Shown: positions 60,553 through 64,000 of the stretch, piece after piece
Position numbering within the stretch: position 1 is the stretch's first letter
Layout: the number at the start of each line of letters is the position of its first letter
Notes under the pieces: model-generated
Told to the model about the DNA's origin: nothing
The model's database searches: none
The model's input: only the letters and a program-made list of their open reading frames with translations
Made by a program: the position numbers and the translations under genes
Source of the DNA: Podarcis cretensis
Taxonomy: Eukaryota
Assembly (NCBI GenBank): GCA_951804945.1
Contig: OX638157.1
Span: forward strand, 51,646,001 to 51,710,000
DNA length: 64,000 nt
Reading direction: 5' to 3'

Positions 60553-62744
60553 ATGGTGGCCCAAGTGGGTTATTTAATATATTTATGGAGATATTCACTA
60601 GGCTGATATAGGCTTTAATATCATGATAGACGAAATCTACAAAGCATTGTTTGTGCCTTTTTAAAAGATGGATCATGGTTTTCTAAGAAGATGGATGGAT
60701 CATGGTTTTCTAAGAAAGTTGAAATAAGTCCCCAAAGTGCAGCCAGTTTCTTAAACCTATACCTTCCATTGAAACATACCATTGCTTTGAGCTGTTACTT
60801 TTAATGTACTATGAGATAATTTGCCCATTACACAAGGGAGAAAGACGGTGATAAGGTTGTGATAGGATTACGTGAGAGTGTGTGATTAAATTGATTTTCT
60901 TATTTTTCTATTTTCTTTTTAAGTCTTGTAGCCTTTCTTGGTGTTCATAGGTATTGCTATTTTGTCAATATGACAGGATTCTATAGTGGCCAGAAACACC
61001 TTTACGTGATTCTTCTGTCAGTCCTATAAAATCATGAACTTCATTTTACCAGTTAAAAGATGGTGGGCTTTTAAAGGCTCCTTATATTTTTTGTAAGGAA
61101 ACAAATGTATACTCCATTGTAAAATGTGTGGATATTATAAGTACACATTTTTTTAAAATCCTAAATTCTTTCATTTTGTCCTTGAGTTCATGGAGACAAG
61201 GAGAGTTAATATGATCATTTATCTTCCTTTCATGAAATATGTAAAACTTTTTATCGCAGTTTAATTGACTGAATTTAGACATTAGTGCCTGTGAATTCTA
61301 ATGACAATATAAATGAAGTCTATTTCCTTCAATATTGTACTGTTTAACAGTTGTACACAGTGAGGGGGTTATCCTAGATGCCACACGTTTTGGGTTTTTG
61401 TTCATGTTTCATCCAGTGTGATTCCTAAATCAAAGAGTGCAGGCATGAGCAGGGTTGAGTCATGAGCTCTGATCTCTCTATCTCTTATCTGTTCTGGCAG
61501 TCTCTGCCCTAGGACTAAAGCTTCACAGTAAAAATAAAAGTTTAATATTGCATGGCTGGGCCACACGTGTTCATATTTAGCTTCAAACTGACGTTAAAAT
61601 TCACCTGCACGAAAGAGAAACACCCGAGGGTGGTTCTCCAATAGGTGGATTTTAAGATTGGTGTGAAGCTCATGCAGCCAGCCTGATTTTGACTAATGAA
61701 ATACAAATAATGAAGGGCATACATATTCCATCCCTATATTTTCTTTATCTTTAAGAAACAAGAACTTCTGTGTAGTTGAAGAATTTCAGATATATTAATA
61801 ATGCAGTCATAAACATTTCTACACAGGAATTAGCCCCAAAGTCTGTAAAGGATTGCAGCCTAAGTAGGGGGTTTTGGCTATTTATGTTCTTGGTCTTTCC
61901 AAGGAAATAATTGAGTAAGACGTTCTTCCTTCAGACCAATTTTGGAGACATTTCTCTACCTATTGTCCTTTGTCTCTTCTTGTAAGTTAAAATGGTATGC
62001 AAAGATACAAACCTCTACTTTAATCTTCTTTCATAGTCCCCAGATAATAGACATTGCAATTGCATAGTGAGGTGATGGCCATTTCATTGTTTAAAATGGG
62101 CTCAGTTACTTGAATTGAAATAGATTCAATCTGGAAGGTGGAATTTGTTTTAATTACCTTGCCATTTTAAAGTTTAGTCTGACTTGAAATTACTGAATGC
62201 ATCATGCTGTTAAACTAGAAGGCACATTAATTCAAAGGAATGAACATCTTTTGTGAAACTGAAAGGCATACCCATTTCTAGAATTGATATCTGAAAACAC
62301 CTGATGGGTTGTGGAGTAAAAAAGTTGTTTCTGTGACCAGCCTTGCTTTGTTTCCGCACTAAAAAGTGTCGGATTCACCTGTATGTTCACAGAGTTTAAT
62401 TAAAGTCATTAACGAACAAAAGGACTACTGAGTATTTTCAGAGCAATTTTGGAAGCTTTAGTTTCCAGTCTTCTTTGCTCTCATTTACTCTTTCCTTGTC
62501 TCATTTGCCTATCTTTGTTTTCAACAAAACATTTAAAGGTACTGTAATGTAGCTAAATGTATTGTTTAGTAAACCAAGCACTATTTCCTTTTGTCTTTGG
62601 AAGCATCCCTGTGTCAAAAAACATTCCTGGGGGTTTTGACATATATTTTTTCATTCATTCATGGCACAAACTTGATTTATTTAGGACATTATTCTAGCCA
62701 AGGTTAAATACTTCAGATCACCTTTATTCCCACAGGAGAAATTT

Positions 62745-63190
62745 TAGCACATGTCTAACACGTGTAGAGAACACGGAATGTGGTAGAACCAAGAGGAATG
62801 AAAATGGCAAGAAATATTTCTGGTTACAAGGGCAGAAAAATCTAGAGGGTTGAGGGTATTGAGAGTTCTAACTGCAAGGACAATGACTTTCTGTTGGATG
62901 CAGAAGGGTATAGGAAGTGATTTCAGTGATTTAATGAAGGGTGTCACATCTGTATGGTGAGATAGTTAAATGATATTTGCAGTGGAATTCTGGGATGTTG
63001 TGAAAAGACAAAGGTGCAGTAAAGGGTAGGACAGGCTTGAGAAAATGCTGCCGTAATGAAGGCAAGAACTGAAAAAATCTGGATGGAGGGAAAGGGCTAG
63101 GTGTTTGAAAGGAGAATCAGCATGACTTGGCTACAACTCTGGGGTGTGCAGGAAAGGGAAGAATCCAAAGAAGGAAAGATTGTGACACTG
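62745..63190 (-). mobile_element. Ancient L2 fragment
   Basis: Minus-strand translation VTPFIKSLKSLPIPFCIQQKVIVLAVRTLNTLNP resembles L2 HVTPLLKSLHWLPI..RIQ.K.L.L.FKAL. Confidence 0.7.
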
Positions 63191-63501
63191 TCACTGTCAT
63201 TGTAGATTGATATCTAAAATGAAGTGAAGCCTAGCTCTGTTGTGGGGGAGGGATGAAGGTATCTCATACACCTTGAGTGGGCACAGACTTTCCTTATATT
63301 TTCTGGGTTACTAACCCATACATTTCCCATTAGAAGTATCTCCTATGGAGAATGCATAACTGAATTTGAGTTAGGATTCCATAAATGTTTTGTAAGTCGT
63401 TTTAAAAGTCACTGTAAAAATAAAATGTAGTAAATAATATTTGGGATACTATTTTCATGTTGTCCCAATATGGTTTGCCCTTCCCAGTCCAACAGCTATT
63501 A

Positions 63502-63743
63502 CAGTGGTACCTCAGGTTAAGTACTTAATTCGTTCCGGAGGTCTGTACTTAACCTGAAACTGTTCTTAACCTGAAGCACTACTTTAGCTAATGGGGCTTC
63601 CTGCTGCCGCTGCGCGGGCATAGCATGATTTCTGTTCTCATCCTAAAGCAAAGTTCTTAACCTGAAGTAATATTTCTGGGTTAGCGGAGTCTGTAACCTG
63701 AAGCGTATGTAACCTGAAGCATATGAAACCCGAGGTACCACTG
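63502..63743. mobile_element. Tc1/mariner (Tigger-like) MITE with internal TAACCTGAA repeats
   Basis: TIRs CAGTGGTACCTC and GAGGTACCACTG with a TA TSD; five internal TAACCTGAA units. Confidence 0.9.
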
Positions 63744-64000
63744 TAATACTGTTTTAATGGGCCTTCTTTCATCCCTGTGTCTACTTCTTTCTCACAGGTT
63801 CTGATCAGCAGGACACCAAACTCTCCATCTCTGTGAGATTGAAGTTACAAAAAAAAACCCCACACCCACCCCAATTCATTCATTCTTTTCAAGTAAAGTT
63901 AATGATCTTGTCATGTGGCCCCACAGTTAATAGGCTACCCTACTCAGCGCTAAACTCAGTCACACCACTGAGAGTAAACTTTCTCTTGTTTATGTACGAA

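Noticed and set aside
63538-63720. Regularly recurring TAACCTGAA units resembling a CRISPR-like or designed array
   Set aside because: Internal repeats of a TA-flanked Tc1/mariner MITE in a vertebrate genome; the units are too short and irregularly spaced.

Overview
Eukaryotic genomic DNA from a squamate reptile, most likely a lacertid lizard, judged from Sauria/Squam1, Squam2 and Squam3 SINEs, BovB and lacertid-type L2 and Penelope fragments. The window appears to lie inside a very large intronic region of a + strand teneurin gene, most likely TENM3. Only one convincing coding exon is visible (43777-43986, 210 nt, phase 1-1), encoding a proline-rich and acidic segment of the teneurin intracellular domain. 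The rest is AT-rich intron filled with transposon relics (BovB, L2, CR1, L1, a Penelope-like palindrome, RTE-derived non-autonomous elements, two LTR-like segments, hAT and Tc1/mariner MITEs), microsatellites and several repeat-free, homeodomain-motif-rich blocks that may be enhancers. The most unusual signals are two retrotransposon-borne self-cleaving ribozyme relics in the sense orientation of the host pre-mRNA, both apparently mutated at core positions: an HDV-like double pseudoknot at the 5' end of an RTE-derived element (~52710-52888) and a minimal hammerhead in a Penelope-like palindrome (~42779-42812). A Gypsy-type LTR segment also carries a ~220-codon acidic-then-basic reading frame broken by one frameshift. 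Family names come from recalled consensus sequences, not database searches. Almost all ORFs in the supplied track are spurious.
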